A DNA stretch of 63,037 nucleotides, filler included, from Octopus bimaculoides (taxonomy: Eukaryota), in assembly GCF_001194135.2 (NCBI RefSeq). It is 7 parts of 5 records of this genome, joined end to end, with 100 filler letters (N's around TTAATTAATTAA, not from the genome) between each part and the next. Parts side by side here need not be neighbours in the genome. Positions count along the whole stretch, not along the records: positions 14,823 to 38,174 come from NC_068987.1; positions 38,275 to 49,527 come from NC_068983.1; positions 49,628 to 54,329 come from NC_068982.1; 4 more parts are not named here. One strand, written 5' to 3'. A program made the translations under genes and the position numbers. Below are positions 37,384 through 51,014 of this stretch, in pieces. Under the pieces are notes generated by a model that was given only the letters and a program-made list of their open reading frames with translations, had not been told where the DNA came from and did not search any database. The first letter of the stretch is position 1, and every line of letters begins with the position of its first letter.

Positions 37384-37639
37384 ATGTGCGTGTGTGAGTG
37401 CGTGAAAATAAAAGAGAAACATTCAGAGGTACAGAAGGGTAAAAATTATCTCTGACTTCTCTGAACACACACATCCACATGCACGCGAGCACACACAAAC
37501 ACACACATGCACAAACACATACAAACATATAGTCAGAGCTTTGTTTTTATCTCAAATTAGGGCTTATGATGTGTAATATATATACATATACAAACACACA
37601 CACACATACGTGCATTTATATATATGTGTATGCATACAC

Positions 37640-37870
37640 ACACACACACACACATATCATCATCGTTTTAACAGACACTTTTTCATGCTTGGATGGGTTA
37701 GACAGAAATTGTTGAAGCAGATTTTTTTTATAGTTGGATGCCCTTCCTGTTGCCAACCATCACATGTTTCCAAGTTAGGTAATATTTTCTCCAAGGCAAG
37801 ACATTTTTCAAGGAAGACTGAAAATGAAGGACATGGCTTGTAGGTCAGTGACACTTGACAGATTTGAAGA
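37640..37870 (-). mobile_element. SINE tail B
   Basis: catcatcgttttaacagacacttttcatgcttggatggg...ggatgcccttcctg. Confidence 0.7.
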
Positions 37871-38015
37871 TGAGAGGCACATACATAGATGCGCATGAAC
37901 CCATACAGACACATACCCAAACATATATATGTATGTATACATATGTTGTGTGTGTGTATATATATATAGATACTATCCCTTAGTGGGTTGTACCCCCAAC
38001 CCCTAACTCTCTCAC

Positions 38016-38057
<42 letters not shown>

Positions 38058-38322
38058 TATGGTGATGTAAACAAGAAAAATAGAACTCAAAATATGAGTA
38101 TATGTATATTTTTATTAATCTTTAGCAGAAGCAATGGAGTGATCCAAGGGCTGAGAGATTTATGTGTTGGCACTNNNNNNNNNNNNNNNNNNNNNNNNNN
38201 NNNNNNNNNNNNNNNNNNTTAATTAATTAANNNNNNNNNNNNNNNNNNNNNNNNNNNNNNNNNNNNNNNNNNNNTATATATATATGTGTATATATATATA
38301 TATATATATACATATAGGTATA

Positions 38323-38442
38323 GGCGTAGGAGTGGCTGTGTGGTAAGTAGCTTGCTTGCCAACCATATGGTTCCGGGTTCAGTCCCACTGCGTGGCACCT
38401 TGGCCAAATGTTTTCTACTATAGCCTCATGCTGACCAAAGCC
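38323..38442 (+). mobile_element. tRNA-derived SINE head
   Basis: ggcgtaggagtggctgtgtggtaag...ggttcagtcccactgcgtggcaccttgg. The same head is on the minus strand at 16460, 39240, 53341 and 55820. Confidence 0.85.
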
Positions 38443-39094
38443 TATATATATATATATATATATATATAGATATAGAGATAGATAGATACTTAGCTATTTA
38501 CCCCCTCTCTCTCTGTTACATGTTTATCTGTATGTATGCATAGTTTATATGGATACAAGCAAATGTCTATAACTAGACGGGTAGAAGATACACGATGACA
38601 AACATTCATATTGATTAAACAAATGACCGTATGGGCTTACATTTTATATAAGGCATAACCTAAACATATGACTAATATCGCAGCTAAAAGCCCAGATATT
38701 TTTGATTTCTATGGATGAATACGCGACATTCGCCCACCGCTTAGAAATCTATTTGGTCCCTTCTTATGTTGATGGTTTACTTGTAGATGACTTATCGAAG
38801 TTATTGTAGTGTTACTTATGACCAAACCTTGATCTAGATATAGAAATCTGAGAACTTTTAACAAGCTATATTTTATCATGCATGAAGTATTAATAAAGAG
38901 TTCAGTGTGTGAAAACTAATGGAATATTCATATAAAAAATATATACATATTTCTGTATATATGTATGTCTGCTTGGATATGCATATACATAATATATATG
39001 AATATACACATACATACACACATACATACTACATTCATACACACACACATACAAACATACATACATACGTACATACATATATCTTTAACTTTTA

Positions 39095-39355
39095 TCTTTT
39101 ATCTTTCACTGGTTTCAGTCATTTGACTGCGCCCACGCTGGAGTATCGCCGCCTTGAATGGTTTTAATCGAACAAATCGACCTTAGTCGAACAACTCGAA
39201 CATGGGTTGTTAGGTGGTGGAGTACAAACACAGATATAGAGTCACACACCGAGGCTAAGGTAGAAGACACTTGTCCAGGGTGCTACGTAATGCGACTGAA
39301 CTCGGAAGCATGTGGTTGGGAAGCAAACTTCTTACTACCCAGCCACTCCTGCGTT
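39095..39355 (-). mobile_element. Internally deleted head + tail A SINE
   Basis: Tail A (tttcagtcatttgactgcg) and head (cagccactcctgcg) are both present. Confidence 0.75.
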
Positions 39356-39599
39356 TATATACATACACACACGCACGAACGCATGTACGCACACACACTC
39401 ACATACACACATATATATGTATGTATATATATATATATGTGCATACTGAGAGCGGGAAAGTGAAGCAGACAAATATTTATGTAAGTAGATATGTCAGTCT
39501 ATGGACTCACGCTTGATTTTGTGTACTTGTATGCTTCTGCGATCAATAATAAATTAAAGTTGTATGGTGTATAATTCAAAATACCCATGAAATCCATGG

Positions 39600-39830
39600 A
39601 ATATTTTAGAATAGTAGTTCCATGTTGTTTCTGAAATGAATTATCTGTAGATCCAATATTTCAAAATGGCTGCTTTGTTTCGTTTTATAAGTGAAAGATA
39701 GTGATGGTGTTTTTGCCCCAAACACACCTATTAGGATATTATAGACAATATTTTTCGGAAACTTCACACTAATTGCCAATCTAATGTCTTTCCAATAGTA
39801 TTTGTTAAATGTCTTGGAATATATCATATT
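39600..39830 (-). mobile_element. Possible decayed Penelope RT fragment
   Basis: PSLSFTYKTKQSSHFEILDLQIIH resembles the Penelope PSIKFT.E.E....L.FLDI.I motif. The match is weak. Confidence 0.35.
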
Positions 39831-40589
39831 TTGAAAAAGAAATGTGCTGAAGATGTGTCGATTTGTACATATGTCTGTTATTACAAACGTTTACATATCT
39901 GTCAGCAAAAGACTAATTGGAAGTCGCCATCTTAGTCTTACCGATGTCTGTAAAAATGACCTTTTAGGAGATTTTCTTTCACTTAAAACATTACGGGATA
40001 AAAAATATCCTTTGGTAATCAAAAATAACGGTTGGTTTTCAAGCGTTCGAGCAAAATAATATAAAATGAGAAAAATGTGGCGAAAAATAGTCTTCAAATA
40101 TTGTCCAATTTCCATTTTTCACATTCAAGAGATACTAAAGATTATGAAATTCAAAACATGATTTAGTCCTACTACAGTACAATCCATTTTAAGTTCTACA
40201 TAGTTTTCACACTCTATCAGGCGATGGATATCAACTTTCTCATTTCATAATACTTGGTCGATACTTGTGTATATACTAATGTACACTGAATTACTATATA
40301 CCTTCCTCGCAAGGAAAACCAACGAGAATGTTTAGAACTGAGTAGAACTTCTCAGCAAAGCTTATCCTATTCAATTGGTAGGAGTTATAAATGATTAGCG
40401 TATGTAAGAATTGACGAATCATAGCGATTCTGATTATAAATATTAACTACAATGCTTCCCATCAGAATCTCTGTGAGATTGCTTTATTGAAGCCCTTTAT
40501 TGAACACTGACGAGAAAATGCAACAAGCACGAGACATGGTTCTGGCCATTTCAACCGGTTGATTCCTTTCTTTACGTCCTTTCTCTCTT

Positions 40590-41470
40590 TCAATTTCTCT
40601 TCACTTCCCACTTCTACTAACCACGTGACCAATGAGCTGACATGTTCTTTGCACACTAGTCATGGTTCTGCATACGAAATCGTCCACAAGCTTCGCTTCC
40701 GTAAAATGTGTGCGAGATGGGTACCAAGAGAGCTTACCAAAGCGCATAAGCGCAATCGTGTGGAGATCTATCAGCGCTTGATCGACTGCGACGAAGAAGA
40801 AGACGAAAATTGTTAGGTGAGAATAGTCACAGAAGATGGAACATGGGTCCACCACTTTGTGCCTGAATCCAAAAGGTAGATTATGGAGTGGAAACACTCA
40901 CAATTGCAATCGAAAAAGAAATACAAGACTCAACTTCCCTCAGAAAAAGTGATGCTAACCGTTTTTTGGCACGCAACATTGGAACATTACTTGGAAAGGG
41001 GGCCTGCTTTCACCAGTGTAGGCACAGTGAAACCAGCCATCCACACAAAACGCTGTGGCGAAGCAACTGTTGTTATTGTCGAATCAAGTGTTATTATTGC
41101 ATAGCAATGCACGCCCACATACGGCTGCCCACACATTTGAAAGCATTGAAAAATTGGGTTTCGAATTGTTGGTGCACACTTTATACAACGCAGATCGCAA
41201 CACTTCTGACTATTATCTATTTGGATCGCTCAAATATCCTTTACGATGCCGTCAATTTGCTACGGAGGAAAATGCGCAGGAAGACGTGCATAAATGACTG
41301 TGCCATAATCCGAAAACTTTCTTCTTCGATGGAATAAGCAAGCTTGTGGAAAGCTGGGAGAAATGCATCGGTAAGCAAGGAGACTGTCAGAAAATGATGC
41401 AATTGTTTAACCCCTGCTTTCGTTTCAATCAATTACAGGATGCGTACAATTTTTGATCTACGCTTCTATG
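40590..41470 (+). mobile_element. mariner (DD34D-type) transposase remnant
   Basis: GSAYEIVHKLRFRKMCARWVPRELT, IVTEDGTWVHHF.PESK, KVMLTVFW, LLLHSNARPHTA, SDYYLFGSLK, LVESWEKCI. Confidence 0.9.
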
Positions 41471-42409
41471 TATATATATGTGCCTCACATAGCATATCGT
41501 GTATCGAAAACCTGCAAGCAGGAGTCAAAAAATCTCCCACCAGTAGTTATTAAATGTAGAAGACCGCAAGCAAGAGAGGTAATTATAAGGTTATCAACTT
41601 ATCCATGACATTTAGCTGAATCGAGACTAGGTTATCATTGCTTTATAAGAAAGTAAATGTCGTTTGTTTCTCAACTGATATTCTTACATAATTCTGCTTT
41701 TAAAGTGATAGGTAGGGTCTTTTAGTTCATTATTTGCGATTACAAAAGAAAAACAATGTTTTGGTATTTTCTTAAATACAGTCATACGCATACGCACACA
41801 CATGTGCATGTATTCCCCACCCCATACATATTGTATATANNNNNNNNNNNNNNNNNNNNNNNNNNNNNNNNNNNNNNNNNNNNNNNNNNNNNNNNNNNNN
41901 NNNNNNNNNNNNNNNNNNNNNNNNNNNNNNNNNNNNNNNNNNNNNNNNNNNNNNNNNNNNNNNNNNNNNNNNNNNNNNNNNNNNNNNNNNNNNNNNNNNN
42001 NNNNNNNNNNNNNNNNNNNNNNNNNNNNNNNNNNNNNNNNNNNNNNNNNNNNNNNNNNNNNNNNNNNNNNNNNNNNNNNNNNNNNNNNNNNNNNNNNNNN
42101 NNNNNNNNNNNNNNNNNNNNNNNNNNNNNNNNNNNNNNNNNNNNNNNNNNNNNNNNNNNNNNNNNNNNNNNNNNNNNNNNNNNNNNNNNNNNNNNNNNNN
42201 NNNNNNNNNNNNNNNNNNNNNNNNNNNNNNNNNNNNNNNNNNNNNNNNNNNNNNNNNNNNNNNNNNNNNNNNNNNNNNNNNNNNNNNNNNNNNNNNNNNN
42301 NNNNNNNNNNNNNNNNNNNNNNNNNNNNNNNNNNNNNNNNNNNNNNNNNNNNNNNNNNNNNNNNNTATATATACATATATCTATATGGATATATATATAT
42401 AGATATATG

Positions 42410-42478
<69 letters not shown>

Positions 42479-43160
42479 GTGTGCATATGTGATGTACGTA
42501 TGTACTTATGTATGTATATGCGTATATATACAACATTTTGACAGTTGGATTCATAGGTAAATATATTGGAAGAGACAGGCGTAAATAAAAAGAAATAGAT
42601 AGACTATGACGCAGACATGTAGATCGATCTGTGTAAATGTATGTTTATAATGTTTGTATGCATATCTGTGTGTGTGTGTGTGTGTGTGTATACTTGTATA
42701 TGTATCTATGTATATTCATATGCATGCATGTTTGTATATATGTATGTATGTATGTATGCATGTGTGCATGTATGTATTTTTGTATGTACGTATATGTATT
42801 TATACACAGACAAAGAGAAGTGGGTGTGGAAAATAGAGGTGGCGATAGGCAAATTGAGATTAGAGCAAAAATATTGATGTACCTATGTGTTCAAATGGAA
42901 GCAAACTAATTCAAAATTTCTCTTAAAAGGAGAAAGAAACCTTCTGAGATTTTGTAATTTTGTTTTTCTTTTTTGTAAAAATCAAAATAGCACGAAACTT
43001 GATAAAGATTGATTGTTTAATTTTCTCTGCATAAAACAGAAACGACGCAAAATGTGTGCATTTGTATGGTTGTGCATTTTGTGAGTGTATACATGCGTGT
43101 GTTTTTGTGCTTGGAGAATAAACGGAAAGTAAAGAAAAGCAAGAGAGAGAGAGAGAGGGA

Positions 43161-43198
<38 letters not shown>

Positions 43199-43928
43199 GA
43201 AAGGGGGAGATGGAAAGAGAGAGAACTAAAGAGAAAGAATGAAGCTTGATTCGCGCGTAAAAGCGATAGGAGGGGAAAATGGCGGAATTTAGGTTTGTAC
43301 CGTGTTGTGGATAGCAATTAGGCGGTGTGACTCTAATTATGGAGCTGTTGAATTGATTAAAATCAGTTGTCGTAGATTGCATTTTGTTTCAAATATATTA
43401 AATCGGGTCACAAGATGGGTTTGGTGAGCGTGAGTTTGTGTGTATGCGTGTTTGTGTGTGTATCCGTAGGTATTTGTGCGCGTGTCTGTGCGCTTGTGCT
43501 TGTGTATGCGTTTATGTGTGTGAGTTGATGTGTGTTTGCTTTTGATTTCTTCATTTTTTTTTTTGTCCTTGTTTNNNNNNNNNNNNNNNNNNNNNNNNNN
43601 NNNNNNNNNNNNNNNNNNNNNNNNNNNNNNNNNNNNNNNNNNNNNNNNNNNNNNNNNNNNNNNNNNNNNNNNNNNNNNNNNNNNNNNNNNNNNNNNNNNN
43701 NNNNNNNNNNNNNNNNNNNNNNNNNNNNNNNNNNNNNNNNNNNNNNNNNNNNNNNNNNNNNNNNNNNNNNNNNNNNNNNNNNNNNNNNNNNNNNNNNNNN
43801 NNNNNNNNNNNNNNNNNNNNNNNNNNNNNNNNNNNNNNNNNNNNNNNNNNNNNNNNNNNNNNNNNNNNNNNNNNNNNNNNNNNNNNNNNNNNNNNNNNNN
43901 NNNNNNNNNNNNNNNNNNNNNNNNNNNC

Positions 43929-44521
43929 ACCACCACCACCACCACTACTAGCATTATCACAGCCATCGTCTTCTAGATAGTCATCATCAACATCGTCGTC
44001 GTCGTCGTCGTCACCACCACCACCACCACCACCACCACCATCATCATCATCATCGTCATCCACCAACATCATCGCGATCATCATGCTGATAATTGTTGTT
44101 ATCGTAATCGCTAGTGTCGCCGTCATCCTCCCAATTATCATCACTGGCTGCTGTCGCCATTACTATAATTATCATCAACCCCATCAAAGCCATCAGCTTC
44201 ACCATCTCCATCATCAGGAACATCGCTAATGCCACTAGTATTACCATCACCTTCACTACCACAAATACCACCACCACCACCACTACCACCACCACTTTCA
44301 TCATCATCCTCATCATCCTCATCGTCGTCGTCGTCGTCGTCATCATCATCAATACCACCACCACCACCACNNNNNNNNNNNNNNNNNNNNNNNNNNNNNN
44401 NNNNNNNNNNNNNNNNNNNNNNNNNNNNNNNNNNNNNNNNNNNNNNNNNNNNNNNNNNNNNNNNNNNNNNNNNNNNNNNNNNNNNNNNNCCAACAACAAC
44501 AACAACAACAACAACAACAAA
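43929..44521. repeat. Mosaic trinucleotide array (CAC/CAT/CGT/CAA)
   Basis: Interleaved triplet runs adjoining gaps. Confidence 0.85.
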
Positions 44522-44659
44522 CAAACAAAATTATTAACATTTTTCAGGAGTCACACAGTGACTACATCCTATCTCTACGCTACCGAGCGCGTCTCTCTGC
44601 TAGTTTTGGTTGTATGCAGTGTTTTGTTTTGGCCGTGTATTATATTTTAATTCAAGACT

Positions 44660-45440
44660 CTATATAATAAGTGAGCAATGCCTGGGCTGGGGGCAGTGGG
44701 GATTCATTATGTATTTCTCGGCCTGATTTTAATCATGTCCAAGGTAACTACTATTCTAAAGATTGTTTCTGTTTTCATTAACTGTTTTGGGGTTGTCTCT
44801 CTAGAACTTTATATCTACCACAATTTTAAGAGGCATTACTGTCCGTCGGGACTGATACATCGATAGGATGGATAACTTCATTTCCAAGTGGTCCTTGACA
44901 GAAGCTCTAATCGATTAGCGCTGATCTCCCTCTTAGGGTGAACTGCCATATTCCAGGATTTGGTCGCTTTGTTATTCTATGAGATCTTTTCTCGTGTATG
45001 TTTATGTTACCTATTGGAGACTAACAATACCTGTATGTCATCCTGTATGCGAAAGCTCTCAATCTGATTAGGCAGTACATATGATGTAGCATTTTTCGGT
45101 AAAGACTGAGCACCCGAAGTCGTGATTGTTCTTTCCTCTCCTCCAAATATTTTGCACATGCTTAATATTTTCTGCTGCATTACATACTTTTTTGAGGTTT
45201 CTAATAGGAAAACATTGATGATTTGTCACTATGAAGAATCTTTTAGTCTCAGTTTTGAAACATGTCCTGCTCACACACTGTTACAATTTTCCGCTCTGCT
45301 CATTTTTATTTAAGTATTACCTATTTAGCGGCTTTTATACCATAGCTTTCGCGTTCAATTATGTAACTTCATTTTTACAATTTCTGTTGTTTGGCATTTC
45401 CCCTCACAACTGAAACCACCAAGAATCTTTCTCCTTGCTC
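44660..45440 (-). mobile_element. R4/Dong-like (RLE) retroelement C-terminal remnant
   Basis: Frameshifted pieces FKTETKRFFIV..HQCFPIRN, SGC, WNMAVHPKREISANR, IDVSVPTDSNAS and MKTETI. Confidence 0.7.
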
Positions 45441-45499
45441 TCTTCCTTCAACAAAGAAAACAGTTTTTGTTTTGCATGTGTTTCTTTGCTTTTACGTTT

Positions 45500-45839
45500 G
45501 TAGTGGCTCAGTGGTTAGAGCGTTGTGCTCATAATCATGAGGTTGTGACGTCGATTTCTGGACCGAGGTGTGAGTTGTGTTTTTGAGCAAGACACTTTAT
45601 TTCACGTTGCTCCAGATCACTTTACTGTAGAAATGAGCTGTCATGTTACTGGTGCGAAGCTGTATCGGCCTTTACCTTTCCCTTGGATTACATCGGTAGC
45701 GTGGAGAGGCAGGTATGCATGGGTGTTTACTAGTCTTTCATAAACAACCTCGTCTGCACTTGTGCCTCGGTGGGTAACTTTCTAGATGCAATCCCATGGT
45801 CATTCATGACCGAAGGGGGTCTTTATGCATTACCCTTTA
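45500..45839 (+). mobile_element. tRNA-derived SINE with a distinct 3' domain
   Basis: gtggctcagtggttagagcg...ttgagcaagacactttatttcacgttgctccag...cccatggtcattcatgaccgaagggggtc. Confidence 0.8.
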
Positions 45840-46009
45840 CATAGTGTAGAGTAATACCAAGGCGACAGTTAAAAGAGATAGTATTCTGTGACTCGTTGCC
45901 ATATTTGTAGAAAAATTTGGGCGAATGGTATGTGTACAGTTAATTGCCCAATGGTTTGAAATTGCTATTTACTGGTAAGGGTTAATGAGTAAAAGAAGAT
46001 GATAATGTT

Positions 46010-46260
46010 AAGTGCAGGTAATGCAAGCAGTAACATGAGATGGCTGACTGCTTCATCTCCAGTTGTTCGATCTTTTCCAAGTCCATATCAAGAATATATT
46101 ACAAGCATGGATGTACACGCCTTTATCCCATAGCTCTGCCAGATAGACTTTTTTCTCTTTGAGGTAATTTATATTTAGGATCCGTGCATTGTAGGCTGTG
46201 CCAGTTAAAGGGGAATGACTGAAACTGCTTTCCTCATTTCTTCAATTAGGTTTTTTCTGT
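46010..46260 (-). mobile_element. Second R4/Dong-like fragment (zinc-knuckle region)
   Basis: MHG...WQSYGIKA...GDEAVSHL, heavily decayed. Confidence 0.4.
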
Positions 46261-46631
46261 TTGGCAAAAAGTAGGTGTATCGGTTATTACCGCCGTTTTA
46301 GTTGTTATCCTTAATAGTTTTGCTTAAATTGTCCAAATGATTTATTTTGTTGTTAAACACATCTTCCTGTTGAGGAGTTGAATTTTTCTTTGTTTATTCG
46401 TTTTACTATGACGCGTATTCGTTTTCACTCGAATTTTGTAGAGCGTTTCTGCGTCAAGTAGCCAATTTGTTAGCTTATGAGTCGATGAAAAAATATATCC
46501 TATTCTCAAACGGAGTAAAATAATACAAGGAATTATATTTCTATCTCTCTGCGTAAAACCTTAATTTTACTTGGTAAGAATCTCCGATGGTGAGAGAGCG
46601 AAGCGAAAACAAGTTTAATCTCATAGAAGTA

Positions 46632-46830
<199 letters not shown>

Positions 46831-48595
46831 GTATTGCCCTTGTGGCAAATAAGGAAATCATCGTCATCTTTATCGTCATCATCATCATCATCATCATCAT
46901 CATTATCATTATTTTAGAGTTCTAAATTAACTTGTGTTGTTGTTTACAATTTGCAATTGCAGGTCACCTAAAATTCAATAAGGCAGGTGTTATTTTAAAC
47001 AATCTGAACCGTTGCCAAGGGTTTTGGTGCGGAGCTTCTTTCGATTTTATTATGTATTTGTTTTATTTCTTGTTTTTTTTTTTTGTCTTTCTATTTTCTT
47101 TTTTCTGTTTTCTTTTTCTGAAGCAATTTTCAAAATTAGTAAAGATATGATCTTTAAAACTGGAATGACAGCTGAGTCGTCGTCATTTCTTCTGTCACTC
47201 CATCATTTCATCATGATCTCTTGCCGGGACTTCACATTTTCGTTAAAGGGAAGTTAGCAAAAGGGGATTCTGAACGAAGATGCGGTTGGGGTGGAACCTG
47301 AAAGGTGTTGGGTTTAGGTCTTCAAAGATTATAATTGAATATTTTAAGCAGTGAATGAATAAATAAATGGAGGAAGGAATAAATGGATGAATATTAGTAC
47401 CAGAATCGGCAACCCATGATATTTTTGTTGTTTTAATTTTATTTTTAAATGTTTATTTAATTTTTCTTTTGAGATTTTTATCCCCACCTACAAATCTTTT
47501 TTATATGTTTTGAAAAATGTTATATATGTGTATGTGTATACATGCACACATAAACCCACACACACACAATTACACACACAAATGCTTATACACACATCCA
47601 CACATATTTACAGATACACAAATATACACGCACACTTACAAACACACGTTCACATGCACACACACAAAATTTTATACACTGGTACACACACTGATACACA
47701 CACATGCACACGAACACAAACGTTTCTGCAACACAGACACACACGTATACATTCACACCTACAAAGTTACACACATACTGACACATACACACGTGCACGC
47801 GCATACATACACATGCACACACACACACACACGCTCGTTTAGTACACTTTTCATTAAAGAAAATTGTATTTTACATTTTTACGTTTTCTTCTCTTTTAAG
47901 CGTGTGTACATGAGTATGTGTGTGTGTGTATGTGCTTATGTGATTATATGCGTGTAGTGTATTTTTGACTTTTTATCTTTTATTTTCGAAGACAGTTGCT
48001 AATCATTTATTTTATTATCTTTATGCAAACTTTCTTTGTAAAAGATTGTTCATGGTTTCAGTTGTTCAAGGTAAAAAAAAAAAGAAACGATGTCTGACAC
48101 TGACAATGTATTTCGCTATTATGAAAACACTCAAATTGTTGGATCAAGTAATTTCTTCCCCCTGCATGCATACGTGTGATGTTTTGTTGAGACGATTCCT
48201 TTATTCTTTTATTCGTTTATTGGTTTATTGATTTATTGCCTCATTCGTTTGAATGCTTATGGAGCAAATTAAATCCTAAAGATTCCGATGCAAGCAATAA
48301 TTATACGCCAATACAGAGAACCGAATCACATTGAAATCACTATGCAGTAATTTACAGTTAGTTTAGTGTTCAGTAGCCTAACCTAAACCCTACCACTATC
48401 ACCCAATCACCACTATAAACCCAACTAACTACCATAATCCTTCATTCTCTTAATTTTTGAAAAGAAAATTTTTACGTGTTCTGCAGCATATAGTTCTACC
48501 CACGTCCGCTGTTTTTCTATTTTCTCTTGTTGTTCTTATCGTAACAACAACAATAACAACAACAACAACATCGACGATGATGATTATAATAATAG

Positions 48596-48725
48596 TTTCA
48601 AATTTTGGTACAAGGCCAGTACTATCGAGGAGGGTTAAAGTCGATTGTATCGACACCTGTGCTCAACTGATATTTATTTTATGGATCCCGAAAAGCTAAA
48701 AGGCAAAGTCGACCTCGGTGGAATA
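48596..48725 (-). mobile_element. SINE family C fragment
   Basis: tttcaaattttggtacaaggccag...aaaggcaaagtcgacctcggtggaat. Confidence 0.75.
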
Positions 48726-48747
48726 GCTACAACAACAGTAATAATGA

Positions 48748-49220
48748 TTTCTTTTATTAGCCACGGGGGCATAAATGTGGGGGAACATTACAAGGACAGA
48801 AAAGTTATTTGTGTGGGGATTTACATATAGGATCGGATAAAGAAATGGAAAAAAGACAGTGAAATACGATAAACGTCTACATAGCATACAAAGTATGTGA
48901 TGACATGAATGATGCAATCCTCGTGATGCAGGAAAGTTTCAAGTAGGGACAGTCAAGGAACCCCACAAATCCAGAGTTACCCTGTCCACCAAACGTACAA
49001 GCCCTCTCTCCTGCTCTTCGATCTACAAGCGCTTACTTAGAATAGGGCCATTCACATTTCTGTCACAGTCACCCATAATTTTATATACTCACTGAAAGGT
49101 AGCACTTCCCTTTTCACTTTCACTTTCCATTTCCAGTTGAGCTATAAAAAGTTGAGAGCTTGATCGAAGAGGCAGGTGTTTTTCTTCAATCCTTTTAGCC
49201 TCGTCCATCACACGACCTCA
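48748..49220 (-). mobile_element. Tx1/L1-like LINE 3' end
   Basis: WTRLKGLKK...KVKREVLPFSEYIKLWV, ending gtggctaataaaagaa. Homologous to 61883-62325. Confidence 0.55.
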
Positions 49221-49224
49221 GTCC

Positions 49225-49340
49225 TTTCTATTATAAGCACAAAGCCTAAAGTTTTGGGGAAGAGGCTAGTTGATTACATTGACCCCAGTACTCGACTGGT
49301 ACATATTTCATCGTCTCTGAAAGGATGAAAGGCAAATACT
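49225..49340 (-). mobile_element. SINE family C fragment
   Basis: gattacattgaccccagtactcgactggtac...aggatgaaaggcaaa. Confidence 0.7.
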
Positions 49341-49639
49341 GTAATGATGCCTTCGTAATGTTGAAATAAATGCCCGATGATATCTATTACATACTAGAGA
49401 AAAGGTTGATTGTCTCTTGTTCAACGTCAGAGAACTTTTTGGAGCTAATAGGACACTGTGGTGGGTCGGTCCTCTACGACAGACTCACAACACTGTGCAG
49501 CCGATTCTGAGATATAGATAGATAGAANNNNNNNNNNNNNNNNNNNNNNNNNNNNNNNNNNNNNNNNNNNNTTAATTAATTAANNNNNNNNNNNNNNNNN
49601 NNNNNNNNNNNNNNNNNNNNNNNNNNNAAACACATATAT

Positions 49640-49757
49640 ATATATCCAAATCAGATTGGAGCCTGGTGTAGCCTTCGGGCTCCACCAGTCCTCAGTTCAA
49701 TCGTCCAACCCATGCTAGCATGGACAGCGGACGTTAAACGATGATGATGATGATGAT

Positions 49758-49760
<3 letters not shown>
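49640..49760 (+). mobile_element. RTE 3' tail
   Basis: caaatcagattggagcctgg...gcggacgttaaacgatgatgat. Confidence 0.85.
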
Positions 49761-49788
<28 letters not shown>

Positions 49789-49814
49789 GGATATATGTAT
49801 ATGTGTGTGTGTGT

Positions 49815-50130
49815 GAAGGCACACCCTTAGCAGCTAGGGCATTCGGTTCACGATCGTGAGTTCAATTCCTGGCGACGCATTGTGTCCTTGAGCAAGACAC
49901 TTTATTTCACATTACTCTAGTTCACTCAGCTGGCAAGAATGAGTAATATCTGTATATCAAAGGCCAGTCTTGTCACATTCTGTGGCATGCTGAATCTCCC
50001 TGAGAACTACGTTAAGAGTACACGTGTCTGTGGAGTGCTCAGCCACTTGTACATTAATTTTATGAGTAAACTGTTCCGTTGATCATATCAGCTGGGACCC
50101 TCATTGTCGTAACCGACAGAGTGCTCCAAT
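49815..50130 (+). mobile_element. tRNA-derived SINE (3' core shared with 26175)
   Basis: ttcaattcctggcg...ttgagcaagacacttt...gagaactacgttaagagtacacgtgtctgtggagtgctcagcc. Confidence 0.85.
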
Positions 50131-50157
50131 ATATATGTATATATATCATTATATCAT

Positions 50158-50360
50158 TTTATTCTTTTATTTGTTTCAGTCATTTGACTGTGGCCATGCT
50201 GGAGCACTGCCTTTAGTTGAGCAAATCGACCCCTGGACTTATTCTTTGTAAGCCTAGTATTTATTCCATTGGTTTCTTTTGCCAAACCGCTAAGTTACAG
50301 GGACATAAACACACCAGCATCATTTGTCAAGTGATGTTGTCAGGGAACAAACACACACAC
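50158..50360 (-). mobile_element. SINE tail A
   Basis: tcttttatttgtttcagtcatttgactgtggccatgctggagc...gggaacaaacacac. Confidence 0.85.
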
Positions 50361-50363
50361 AGA

Positions 50364-50413
<50 letters not shown>

Positions 50414-50613
50414 NNNNNNNNNNNNNNNNNNNNNNNNNNNNNNNNNNNNNNNNNNNNNNNNNNNNNNNNNNNNNNNNNNNNNNNNNNNNNNNNNNNNNNN
50501 NNNNNNNNNNNNNNNNNNNNNNNNNNNNNNNNNNNNNNNNNNNNNNNNNNNNNNNNNNNNNNNNNNNNNNNNNNNNNNNNNNNNNNNNNNNNNNNNNNNN
50601 NNNNNNNNNNNNN

Positions 50614-50651
<38 letters not shown>

Positions 50652-50684
50652 CACACACACACATACATATATATATAACTATAT

Positions 50685-50729
<45 letters not shown>

Positions 50730-50919
50730 CATACACACAAATATATATATATATATAAATATATATATACATACATACATATATATACATATATTAATAT
50801 ATTACATATGTGTATGTGGGTGTAGGTGGTTAGGAATATCAATATATATATATATCTATTTATATGAATGATACATATATATATATATGTATATATGAAT
50901 ATATATATCTATATGAATG

Positions 50920-51014
<95 letters not shown>

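Noticed and set aside
43337-44650. Poly-G/D/S/T ORFs (also 54456-55624)
   Set aside because: They come from mosaic triplet repeats spanning gaps, with no domain and no supported splice chain.
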